Assembly (NCBI GenBank): GCA_963627465.1
Contig: CAVGBO010000016.1
Coordinates: 13,159-77,158, forward strand
From: Phocaeicola dorei
GTDB taxonomy: Bacteria; Bacillota; Clostridia; Christensenellales; Aristaeellaceae
Length of the DNA stretch: 64,000 nucleotides
Direction: 5' to 3'
The notes below the pieces were generated by a model. The model was given only the letters and a program-made list of their open reading frames with translations. It searched no databases and was not told the origin of the DNA. Shown in pieces: positions 8,513-16,539 of the stretch. The stretch's first letter is position 1. Each line of letters opens with the position of its first letter. Position numbers and translations under genes: made by a program.

Positions 8513-9595
8513 ATGAAGAAACAACCTTTGTGGAAAACCCTTTGCTGCGTTGCCGGGGTTGCGGTCATTTTCTTCCTTGCCTGGCTGGCTGAAGAAACCC
8601 AGGGTGCAAGCTCTATGCTGGTCACGGTGCTGAAGAAGGGTGCCGTTTATGCCCTGATTGCCGTATCCATGAACCTGCTGAACGGCTTTACCGGTTTGTT
8701 CTCCCTAGGACAAGCGGGCTTCATGCTGGTGGGTGCTTACACCTACGCCGTGCTTACCATCCCCCTTGCCAAGCGGCAGGCCGTGTACCAGTACTATGCC
8801 GGCGGCTGCATTACGGTGGAGGTGAACTTCATCATCGCCTTGGTGCTGGCCGGTGTGGTGGCAGCCATCTTCGCTGCACTGATCGGTTTGCCCGTGCTGC
8901 GGCTGAAGAGTGACTACCTGGCCATTGCCACCCTGGGCTTTGCGGAAATCATCCGTGCTATTGTGCAGTGGGACAGCCTTGGACCCATTACCAACGGATC
9001 CAACCTGCTGAAGACCTACCCCACCTTCAAAACGGTGATGAGCGGCAGCACGGTACTGTTCCCTTTCATTGTGTCAGGCATATGCATCGGCATCATTCTG
9101 CTGCTGATCAACTCCACCTACGGTCGTGCCTTCAAGGCCATCCGTGATGATGAAATTGCCGCTGAAGCCATGGGCATCAACCTGTTCCATCACAAGCAGA
9201 TGTCCTTTGTCATCAGCTCCTTCTTTGCCGGCGTAGGCGGTGCTCTGCTGGCCATGTACCAAGGTTCTCTGCAGGCCAACGCCTTCAAGTCCTCCATGAC
9301 CTATGAGATCCTGCTGATTGTGGTAATCGGCGGCATGGGCAGCGTATCCGGCAGTGTGATTGCTTCCTTCCTGTTCATTGCGTGCAGTGAATGGTGGCTC
9401 CGCTTCCTGGATAATACCACCTACATCAATGACTTCCAGGTTCCCCTGCTGGGCTCCGGCTTCCGCATGGTGGTGTTCTCCGTTGTGATCATGATCGTGG
9501 TGCTGTTCTTCCGTCAAGGCTTGATGGGCGACAGAGAGCTTTGGAACTTGAAGATTCCCAAGCGTAAGGCAAAGCAGGAGGTGACGAAGGCATGA
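8513..9595 (+). CDS. livM: Branched-chain amino-acid ABC transporter permease LivM
   Basis: YALIAVSMNLLNGFTGLFSLGQAGFMLVGAY motif. ATG 8513 follows the RBS GAGGTG; the track start at 8474 overlaps livH. Confidence 0.9.
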   Translation: MKKQPLWKTLCCVAGVAVIFFLAWLAEETQGASSMLVTVLKKGAVYALIAVSMNLLNGFTGLFSLGQAGFMLVGAYTYAVLTIPLAKRQAVYQYYAGGCITVEVNFIIALVLAGVVAAIFAALIGLPVLRLKSDYLAIATLGFAEIIRAIVQWDSLGPITNGSNLLKTYPTFKTVMSGSTVLFPFIVSGICIGIILLLINSTYGRAFKAIRDDEIAAEAMGINLFHHKQMSFVISSFFAGVGGALLAMYQGSLQANAFKSSMTYEILLIVVIGGMGSVSGSVIASFLFIACSEWWLRFLDNTTYINDFQVPLLGSGFRMVVFSVVIMIVVLFFRQGLMGDRELWNLKIPKRKAKQEVTKA

Positions 9596-10431
9596 GCAGC
9601 GTGTTGCGTGTAGAAAACGTCACCATGCAGTTCGGCGGCGTGGTTGCCATCAATGACCTTTCCATGGAAGCCAACGAGGGCGAAATCGTGGCGCTCATCG
9701 GTCCCAACGGTGCCGGCAAGACCACCGCCTTCAACTGCATCACCGGCGTGTATGAGCCCACCAACGGTGCGGTTTACTTTCAGGATAAGCCCATTGCCAT
9801 GAATCATCCCTCCGGCAAAATGAAGCGGGAGTATGCCGGTGAAAAGGGCGATATGTACCTGGGCAAGCATATCCGCATGACGCCGGACAAGATCACGGCA
9901 CTGGGCATTGCCCGTACCTTTCAGAACATCCGGCTGTTCAAATCCCAGACCGCCTTTGAAAACGTGCTGATTGCCACCCACCTGCGGCGCACCAGCAATG
10001 TATTTTCCGCCACCTTCTGCCTGAACTACAAGGAAGAAGCGGCCATGCGCAAGCGTGCCATGGATCTGTTGGATGTGGTAGGTTTGGCGGACTTGGCGGA
10101 AGAGAAGGCCACTTCCCTCCCCTACGGCAAACAGCGCCGCTTGGAAATTGCTCGTGCCTTGGCAACTCAGCCCAAGCTGCTGCTGCTGGACGAGCCTGCT
10201 GCCGGCATGAATCCTCAGGAAACCGAGGAGCTGGGTGCTTTTATCCGCTCCATTAAGGATCAGTTTGGGCTGACCATTTTCATGATCGAGCACCATATGA
10301 ACCTGGTCATGGATATTTCCGATCGTATTTACGTGATTGACTTCGGCAAGCTGATTGCCAAGGGAACGCCTGCGGAAGTGCGGGATAACCCTGCGGTGAT
10401 TGCGGCCTATCTGGGGGTGGATGAAGAATGA
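9592..10431 (+). CDS. livG: Branched-chain amino-acid ABC transporter ATP-binding protein LivG
   Basis: GPNGAGKTT, LPYGKQRRLEIARALATQPKLLLLDEPAAGMN, C-terminal NPAVIAAYLG. ATGA overlap with livM. Confidence 0.9.
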   Translation: MSSVLRVENVTMQFGGVVAINDLSMEANEGEIVALIGPNGAGKTTAFNCITGVYEPTNGAVYFQDKPIAMNHPSGKMKREYAGEKGDMYLGKHIRMTPDKITALGIARTFQNIRLFKSQTAFENVLIATHLRRTSNVFSATFCLNYKEEAAMRKRAMDLLDVVGLADLAEEKATSLPYGKQRRLEIARALATQPKLLLLDEPAAGMNPQETEELGAFIRSIKDQFGLTIFMIEHHMNLVMDISDRIYVIDFGKLIAKGTPAEVRDNPAVIAAYLGVDEE

Positions 10432-11141
10432 GTCTGCTGAAAGTAACGGATCTTCACGTGAACTATGGCGGCATTGATGCCTTGCGGGGCATTTCCTTCG
10501 AGGTGGAAGAAGGGGAAATTGTTACCCTGATCGGTGCCAATGGTGCTGGTAAGTCTACCACGCTGCGCACCATCTGCGGACTGGTACGTTCCAGTTCCGG
10601 CCGCATTGTGTATGACGGACGGGACATTACCAGTCAAAGCACCCAGCGGATTGTGTCCGAAGGCATCGCCTTGGTGCCGGAAGGACGCCGGGTTTTTGAC
10701 AACCTGACCGTGAAGGAGAACCTGCAAATCGGTGCTTACCTCCGTAAGGATAAGAACAGCATCGAATCCGACATTGAGCATGTCTACACCCTCTTTCCCC
10801 GGCTGAAGGAAAGAAACTGGCAGAAGGCCGGCACCCTTTCCGGCGGCGAGCAGCAGATGCTGGCCGTTGGTCGTGCCATGATGACCAGGCCTCGGATCCT
10901 GATGATGGACGAACCTTCCCTGGGTCTTGCCCCCCTGATTGTGAAGGACATCTTCTCCATCATTCGTCAACTGAATGAGACCGGCATGACCATTCTGCTG
11001 ATTGAGCAGAACGCCAATGCTGCCCTGCGCTGTGCCCACCATGCCTACGTGCTGGAGACTGGACGCATTACCATGTCCGGCACAGGCGAAGAGCTTTTGG
11101 CTGACAAGCGTGTACAGGATGCCTACCTGGGCACCAAGTAA
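10428..11141 (+). CDS. livF: Branched-chain amino-acid ABC transporter ATP-binding protein LivF
   Basis: GANGAGKST, LSGGEQQMLAVGRAMMTRPRILMMDEPSLGLAP, C-terminal VQDAYLG. ATGA overlap with livG. Confidence 0.9.
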   Translation: MSLLKVTDLHVNYGGIDALRGISFEVEEGEIVTLIGANGAGKSTTLRTICGLVRSSSGRIVYDGRDITSQSTQRIVSEGIALVPEGRRVFDNLTVKENLQIGAYLRKDKNSIESDIEHVYTLFPRLKERNWQKAGTLSGGEQQMLAVGRAMMTRPRILMMDEPSLGLAPLIVKDIFSIIRQLNETGMTILLIEQNANAALRCAHHAYVLETGRITMSGTGEELLADKRVQDAYLGTK

Positions 11142-11150
11142 ACATCATCG

Positions 11151-11200
11151 AAAAAAAGCGGCTTCTTGATTTCATTCATCAAGAGGCCGCTGTTCTTTTT
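11151..11200. terminator. Bidirectional Rho-independent terminator (liv operon / QueG-like gene)
   Basis: 13-bp stem GCGGCTTCTTGAT / ATCAAGAGGCCGC with one G-U pair, flanked by an A-tract and a T-tract. The stop codon of the convergent gene lies in the loop. Confidence 0.7.
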
Positions 11201-12038
11201 CCAATTCGTTCACTGCCCAGGCCGCATGTTCTGCCACCAAAGGGGACGGGTGTTTTTTCAGGGATTCCAGCAAAGGAAGCAGGGACGTATCTCCGCTGCA
11301 CCCGGCCACAAGGCACGCCTGCCCCAGTACTCGGTTAGGAATCGCCAAATTGCTGCCGATAATCGGCCGAAGGGTCATGGTTGTTTCCTTCGGATTGGAT
11401 AACAAATCCCGTAAAGACACCGGTGGCAGCTGCTCCCCCATGGGCTTTGGCTGATGGGGACAGCACCGCTGACAGTTGTCGCAGCCCAGGAGGCGATTGC
11501 CCATCTTCCGCATATTCTCCGGGATGGGCTTGCCGGAAAGCATCCAGTTCCGCAGGCATTTTTCCCGGTGAAAGCCCTCCTCGTCAATGCCGCCGGAAGG
11601 GCAGACCTCAATACAGCGCCTGCAAGAACCGCAGTGCAGACCGTGCTGCTCTTCCAGCACCATATCCACCGGGAAAGTCTTTTCCGACAGCAAAATCTGC
11701 ACATGGAATCGGCTGCCCACTCCTTCCATATAGGATAAGGTGTTGCGTCCCTGGCTGAATCCGGGCAGACGTGCAAAGATGGGTTTCACCCGAATGTCGT
11801 CACGCAGTGTCCATGCTCCATCGGAGGCCTTCACCGCCGCTTCTGCCGTGCGGTACGCTTGCTGGGAGGCATAGTAATACGGGTGAATCCACGCATCGTG
11901 CTCGGCAGGCTCCCGTTCTGCCTCATAGGTCCAGAAAGCCAGCAGCAGTGTCCCATGCTCCGCCGCTCCGCAAGACAATGCATCCAGCAGAATCACCCGT
12001 GCAAAACCACCGTCCAGCAGGGTTTGCTTCATGTCCAT
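11172..12038 (-). CDS. Epoxyqueuosine reductase (QueG)-like 4Fe-4S protein, short form
   Basis: Two ferredoxin-type clusters, CGSCRRCIEVCP and CDNCQRCCP. HEAT-like tail PLLESLKKHPSPLVAEHAAWAV, as in QueG. At 288 aa it is shorter than the QueG proteins I remember. Confidence 0.6.
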   Translation of the reverse strand: MDMKQTLLDGGFARVILLDALSCGAAEHGTLLLAFWTYEAEREPAEHDAWIHPYYYASQQAYRTAEAAVKASDGAWTLRDDIRVKPIFARLPGFSQGRNTLSYMEGVGSRFHVQILLSEKTFPVDMVLEEQHGLHCGSCRRCIEVCPSGGIDEEGFHREKCLRNWMLSGKPIPENMRKMGNRLLGCDNCQRCCPHQPKPMGEQLPPVSLRDLLSNPKETTMTLRPIIGSNLAIPNRVLGQACLVAGCSGDTSLLPLLESLKKHPSPLVAEHAAWAVNELEKEQRPLDE

Positions 12039-12044
12039 GGCATC

Positions 12045-12695
12045 TTATCCCTTCAGCTGTGCCGACAGGAGGCACACCTTTTTCTGACAGCAGAGATCCC
12101 CTTTCGTCACCCGAAGCAGATTTTGACGAGTCACATCTGCTTCGGCATACAGGTGGAGGAACGCATCTGCCCCGGCAATCGGCCAATCCGCATTATTATC
12201 AGTGCGGTAATGCATGGGCAGAATCACCCGTGCTTGCAGCAGCTCCGCCGTCTTCTTCGCCTGTTCAGCATCAATGGTATAGTAGCCGCCTACAGGGATC
12301 ATCAGCACATCCACCGGTGCAAGGGCAGCAATCTGCTCCTTGGTGGGCAGATGCCCCAGATCCCCCAGATGGGCAACACGAAGTCCCTCTGCCTCCAGCA
12401 GGAACAGGAGGGTAGAGCCGCGCTTGGTTCCCTGTGCGTCATCATGCCAAGCATGAATCGCCTGAATCTTCACATCCGGTGCAAGGGTATGCAGACCTTC
12501 CGTATCAATGACCTGCGCTCCAGGCGCATTCTCCAGTGCTGCATGATCATGATGATGATGGGACACCAGCACCGCATCCGCCTTCACAGGCTCTACAGGG
12601 TAGCCGCTGCCCTGATCCACAGGGTCGGTCAGAATCCGCATGCCGTTGTCCAGCTCCAGCAAAAACATAGCGTGACCAATACAGGTAATAATCAC
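12045..12695 (-). CDS. MBL-fold metallo-hydrolase
   Basis: VIITCIGHAMFLLELDNGMRILTDP ... VLVSHHHHDH motif. GTG start behind the RBS AAGGAG, overlapping the upstream stop (GTGA). The longer track ORF reaching 12995 has no support. Confidence 0.75.
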   Translation of the reverse strand: MIITCIGHAMFLLELDNGMRILTDPVDQGSGYPVEPVKADAVLVSHHHHDHAALENAPGAQVIDTEGLHTLAPDVKIQAIHAWHDDAQGTKRGSTLLFLLEAEGLRVAHLGDLGHLPTKEQIAALAPVDVLMIPVGGYYTIDAEQAKKTAELLQARVILPMHYRTDNNADWPIAGADAFLHLYAEADVTRQNLLRVTKGDLCCQKKVCLLSAQLKG

Positions 12696-13192
12696 GGTTT
12701 CTTTCTCCTTTCCTCCAGCAGACAGGCAACTTGCAGCATATAGGGAAGCAATCCGCCGGGCAGCGCTTCCTGCCTGCGCAGCCTTACCGCCCAGTCTCGC
12801 ACACAGCCATCGCAGACACGTTCCACTGCCTTTTCGCCTTCCTCTGCTGCCTTTGCCAGCAAGCGCAAAACTCCTGCATCCATCACATCCGAAGGATGCA
12901 GGCGCAGCAGCCAGATCGCATTGCCAAGGCGTCCTGAAGGAGCAACTTCTTTGCAGCAGGTCGGCTGGGGCAAGGCATGATCCAAGAGCAGCCACCCGTT
13001 TTCCCGCCGCACCGTCCAGCCTTCCTGTTCCGCCCTCTGGATGAAGGCCTGCACAGTATCCTCTTCCGCCGCCAGCGGCAAATCCACCGCCAGCAGAAAA
13101 TCAGGATGCAGACTTCGCCTTAGGGCGCAAGGGCGTCTTGTGGAGTACTGCTGAAGCAGGGCGGTTATCTCCCTGCGCAAGTTATTCAGCAT
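12692..13192 (-). CDS. Hypothetical protein (166 aa), translationally coupled on both sides
   Basis: GC3-biased ORF. Its ATG overlaps the upstream stop by 7 nt, and its stop overlaps the downstream GTG. No family recognised. Confidence 0.5.
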   Translation of the reverse strand: MLNNLRREITALLQQYSTRRPCALRRSLHPDFLLAVDLPLAAEEDTVQAFIQRAEQEGWTVRRENGWLLLDHALPQPTCCKEVAPSGRLGNAIWLLRLHPSDVMDAGVLRLLAKAAEEGEKAVERVCDGCVRDWAVRLRRQEALPGGLLPYMLQVACLLEERRKKP

Positions 13193-13641
13193 ACAGGTCC
13201 GTTGGCCGCATACTCCAAGCTCAATTCATGCAGTGCGCTGTAAGAGCCCTGCATATCCAGCTGGTATTGCAGATGCACCGTGCCGTGCTCCGGGGTCAAC
13301 TTGCAATTCACCCGAGTAGCATACACCGCCATGCCAAGATTGCCGTAGGGGGTATGATAAGCGCCCTCAAAGCGTTGTCCCTTAATGAACACCATGGAGG
13401 TGCCAAAGTCCCCTGCCCGGGTCATCATCACCCGCCCCGGCTGCATTTGCAGGGTAATATCCTGGGTGCTGGTCTTGCCTTTTTCATCCTCCGGCTGAGT
13501 CTCCTGATAATAAAGGGTATACTGACTGCCGGAAACCTTCAGTCTGCCGGTGGTCGTTACACGAATGGGTTCTTCATCTTCTCCGGAATAGTCCTGTGAA
13601 CGTCCCGCAATGGTAACCAATACAGGAATGTCTTTCTGCAT
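13186..13641 (-). CDS. DUF1934 (YwiB-like) beta-barrel protein
   Basis: 151 aa, MQKDIPVLVTIAGRSQDYSGEDEEPIRVTTTGRLKVSGSQYTLYYQE...MMTRAGDFGTSMVF, typical DUF1934 pattern. RBS GGAGGTG upstream. The longer track ORF reaching 14070 overlaps the MATE gene start. Confidence 0.7.
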   Translation of the reverse strand: MQKDIPVLVTIAGRSQDYSGEDEEPIRVTTTGRLKVSGSQYTLYYQETQPEDEKGKTSTQDITLQMQPGRVMMTRAGDFGTSMVFIKGQRFEGAYHTPYGNLGMAVYATRVNCKLTPEHGTVHLQYQLDMQGSYSALHELSLEYAANGPVC

Positions 13642-13800
13642 GGGCAACACCTCCACTGAAATTGTAGCATAACTGACCGATGAGAACAAGACCGAATGCT
13701 TTGTCAAATAGGCCGCTTGCAAAATTCCATTCCATTTTTCCTGTTCATCCATGACTGCCTGTGATACAATAGGGAGGACGTTTTTCAGGAGTTGATCTGC

Positions 13801-15147
13801 ATGGCTGCCGCCGACATGACTCAAGGCAAAACCTTTCCCCATCTGATAAAGTACGCCATTCCGCTGATTCTCGGCAACTGCTTCCAGCTTGCCTACAACG
13901 CTGTGGACAGCATCATTGCAGGCCGGTTTATCGGCAAAGGAGCTTTGGCAGCAGAGGGCATTGCAGGGCCGGTGATGAACCTGGTAATCCTCGGCATTAC
14001 CGGGCTGTGCATGGGTGCCGGTGTCCTGATGAGCCAATTCTTCGGCGGCAAGCGCATGGAAGAGCTGCATAAGGAAATGGCCACAGCCGTGCTTGCCGGC
14101 GGCATCTTTTCGGTTGTGGTGGCTCTTGCAGGCTTTCTAATGACGGATGGGATTCTAGCCTTGCTGGCCGTGCCGGAAGAAATCCGATCCATGACTAGGA
14201 TCTACCTGCGGATTACTTTTCTGGGTGCTCCGTTCACCTGCTTCTACAATGCTTTGTCCGCCGCCCTGAAAAGTGTAGGCGACAGCAAAACGCCCCTGAA
14301 ATTTCTTATGTTTTCCTCCATTTTGAACGGAGTGCTGGACTTAATCTTCATCGGCTTGTTGGGTTTTGGCATTGTTTGTTCAGCCCTGACCACTGTGATA
14401 GCGGAAGCGGCCTCTGCTGCGATGAGCTGGCTGTACATCCGCCGAAAGGTTCCCATGCTTTGCCTGAAGCGGAGTGAATGGCGGATTGATCCGCCGCTGC
14501 TGAAGACCACCCTGCAATACGGCAGTGTGACCGCCCTGCAGCAGGCTGTTCAGCCCATTGGCAAGCTGCTGATCCAAGGGCAGGTGAACCAACTGGGGTT
14601 GGATGTGATTGCTGCCTTCAACGCCTGCACCCGTGTGGACGATTTTGCCTTCACGCCGGAGCAGAGCATTGGGCAGGCCATTACCACCTTCTCTGCCCAG
14701 AACCTTGGTGCCAAGCAGCCGGAAAGGATTCGGCAAGGTCTGAAGGCAGGCCTGCTGCTGGAAAGCGTGTATTGGGTGCTCATCGGCACGGTGACGCTGC
14801 TGTTCCGCCGGCCAATCGTCAGCTGGTTTGTTGCCGGGGAAGGCAGCGAACAGGTGGTGGCTCTCGGTGCTCAGTATCTGCTGCACATGGCACTGTTCTA
14901 CCTTTGGCCTGCCATGACCAACGGGGTGCAGGGCTTCTTCCGGGGCATGGGCAAAATGTCCGTCACCCTGCTGTGCACGGCAATTCAGACAAGCATTCGT
15001 GTGGTGTTTACCTATCTGCTAGCGCCCCACATGGGCATCAGCGGCATCACCTACGCCTGCGTTGCCGGATGGACGGTGATGCTGCTGGTGGAGGTGCCCA
15101 TGATGCTCCATGTTTTGCATACTCAACCATTTTGCAAGGAGGAATGA
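13801..15147 (+). CDS. MATE family efflux transporter
   Basis: N-terminus LIKYAIPLILGNCFQLAYNAVDSIIAGRFIG, 12-TM type, second repeat LLKTTLQYGSVTALQQAVQPIG. Start ATG 13801; 13792 and 13816 are alternatives. Confidence 0.85.
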   Translation: MAAADMTQGKTFPHLIKYAIPLILGNCFQLAYNAVDSIIAGRFIGKGALAAEGIAGPVMNLVILGITGLCMGAGVLMSQFFGGKRMEELHKEMATAVLAGGIFSVVVALAGFLMTDGILALLAVPEEIRSMTRIYLRITFLGAPFTCFYNALSAALKSVGDSKTPLKFLMFSSILNGVLDLIFIGLLGFGIVCSALTTVIAEAASAAMSWLYIRRKVPMLCLKRSEWRIDPPLLKTTLQYGSVTALQQAVQPIGKLLIQGQVNQLGLDVIAAFNACTRVDDFAFTPEQSIGQAITTFSAQNLGAKQPERIRQGLKAGLLLESVYWVLIGTVTLLFRRPIVSWFVAGEGSEQVVALGAQYLLHMALFYLWPAMTNGVQGFFRGMGKMSVTLLCTAIQTSIRVVFTYLLAPHMGISGITYACVAGWTVMLLVEVPMMLHVLHTQPFCKEE

Positions 15148-15149
15148 CC

Positions 15150-15425
15150 ATGTTGATTCTGCTTACCTACACCCTGAAACCCGGCTGCCGGGAGGACTTC
15201 TTCGCCGCTGTGCACGAACTCGGCATGCCCCAAGTGGTGCAGCAGGAAGACGGCTGCCTCCGGTATGACTACTTTCTCAGCCCTGACCAGCCTGATCAAG
15301 TGCTGCTCATCGAAGAATGGGCAAGTGAAAAGCATCAGCAGGCACACATGGAGACGCCCCATATGAAAGCCTTCCTGCGCCTGAAACCCGACTTCGTGCT
15401 CTCCACCAATGGCAAGACCTATTGA
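15150..15425 (+). CDS. Antibiotic-biosynthesis-monooxygenase (ABM) domain protein
   Basis: 91 aa, MLILLTYTLKPGCREDFFAAV...LLIEEWASEKHQQAHMETPHMKAF, a ferredoxin-like ABM pattern. RBS AAGGAGG lies 7 nt upstream. The 217-aa track ORF is an unsupported extension. Confidence 0.7.
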   Translation: MLILLTYTLKPGCREDFFAAVHELGMPQVVQQEDGCLRYDYFLSPDQPDQVLLIEEWASEKHQQAHMETPHMKAFLRLKPDFVLSTNGKTY

Positions 15426-15471
15426 TGCAGGAAGCATCGGGCATCTTGTCATAAAAGCATCAATCTTTTCT

Positions 15472-15499
15472 TTGCATTCTCGAAAAAACGTGCTATAAT
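15472..15499 (+). promoter_or_regulatory. Putative strong sigma-A promoter of fba
   Basis: TTGCAT, 16-nt spacer, extended -10 TGcTATAAT. It lies 33 nt upstream of ATG 15533. Confidence 0.5.
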
Positions 15500-15532
15500 A
15501 AGGCGAAGACAGTCCTAAAGGAGGTTTTTCCA

Positions 15533-16462
15533 ATGGCTATCGTTACCAGTACTGAAATGTTCAAAAAGGCCTATGAAGGCGGCTATGCTATTGGCGCTTT
15601 CAACGTGAATAACATGGAGATCATCCAGGGCATCACGGAAGGTGCTAAGATGGAGAACGCCCCTGTGATTCTGCAGGTATCTGCCGGCGCACGGAAGTAT
15701 GCCAAGCATGTGTACCTGATGAAGATGATCGAGGCTGCTGTGCAGGATACTGACCTGCCCATCGTTGTGCACCTGGATCATGGCCCCGACTTCGAGACCT
15801 GCAAGAGCTGCATCGACGGCGGTTTCTCCTCCGTGATGATCGACGGCAGCCACCTGCCCTTCGAAGAAAACATCGCCCAGACCAAGCGCGTGGTTGAGTA
15901 TGCTCATGACCACGGTGTTGTGGTTGAAGCTGAGCTTGGCCGTCTTGCCGGCGTGGAAGACGATGTGAAGGTTTCCGCTGAGGACAGCAGCTACACCCAG
16001 CCTGATGAAGTGGAAGAATTCGTAAGCCGCACGGGCTGCGACTCCCTGGCCATCGCCATCGGCACCAGCCACGGTGCTTACAAGTTCAAGGGCGAACCCA
16101 AGCTGCGCTTCGACATTCTGGAAGAGGTTGGCCGTCGTCTGCCTGGCTTCCCCATCGTGCTGCATGGTGCTTCCTCCGTTATCCCCGAGTATGTTGACAT
16201 GATCAACGAATTCGGCGGTCAGATGCCTGGTGCTCAGGGCGTGCCGGAAGACATGCTCCGTAAGGCTGCCACCATGGCTGTGTGCAAGATCAACATCGAC
16301 TCCGACCTGCGTCTTGCCTTCACCGGTCTGGTTCGTAAGCACTTTGCTGAGCATCCTGATCACTTCGATCCCCGTCAGTACCTGACCGATGCCCGTACCG
16401 GCATTCGCGACATGGTTCGTCATAAGATCGTTGATGTGTTGGGCTGCAACGGCAAGGCCTAA
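15533..16462 (+). CDS. fba: Class II fructose-1,6-bisphosphate aldolase
   Basis: GYAIGAFNVNNMEIIQGI, PVILQVSAGARKY, VVHLDHG, AIAIGTSHGAYKF, LHGASS. Confidence 0.95.
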   Translation: MAIVTSTEMFKKAYEGGYAIGAFNVNNMEIIQGITEGAKMENAPVILQVSAGARKYAKHVYLMKMIEAAVQDTDLPIVVHLDHGPDFETCKSCIDGGFSSVMIDGSHLPFEENIAQTKRVVEYAHDHGVVVEAELGRLAGVEDDVKVSAEDSSYTQPDEVEEFVSRTGCDSLAIAIGTSHGAYKFKGEPKLRFDILEEVGRRLPGFPIVLHGASSVIPEYVDMINEFGGQMPGAQGVPEDMLRKAATMAVCKINIDSDLRLAFTGLVRKHFAEHPDHFDPRQYLTDARTGIRDMVRHKIVDVLGCNGKA

Positions 16463-16483
16463 TGCCAAGATTTTCGCCAAGTA

Positions 16484-16531
16484 AATAAAAGCGGCATCGT
16501 CGGTAACAAAATCGACGATGCCGCTTCTTTT
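16484..16531. terminator. Bidirectional Rho-independent terminator (fba / MacB-like permease gene)
   Basis: 12-bp perfect stem GCGGCATCGTCG / CGACGATGCCGC, flanked by AAATAAAA and TTCTTTT. Confidence 0.75.
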
Positions 16532-16539
16532 GCTTTTGC

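Noticed and set aside
14772-15425. 217-aa version of the ABM-domain ORF. The same applies to the over-long track starts at 2476, 8474, 12995, 14070, 35032, 35667, 36531, 50974, 54736 and 59301.
   Set aside because: The extensions overlap neighbouring genes in another frame and lack an RBS. Internal ATG or GTG codons with good Shine-Dalgarno sequences give proteins of the canonical family length.
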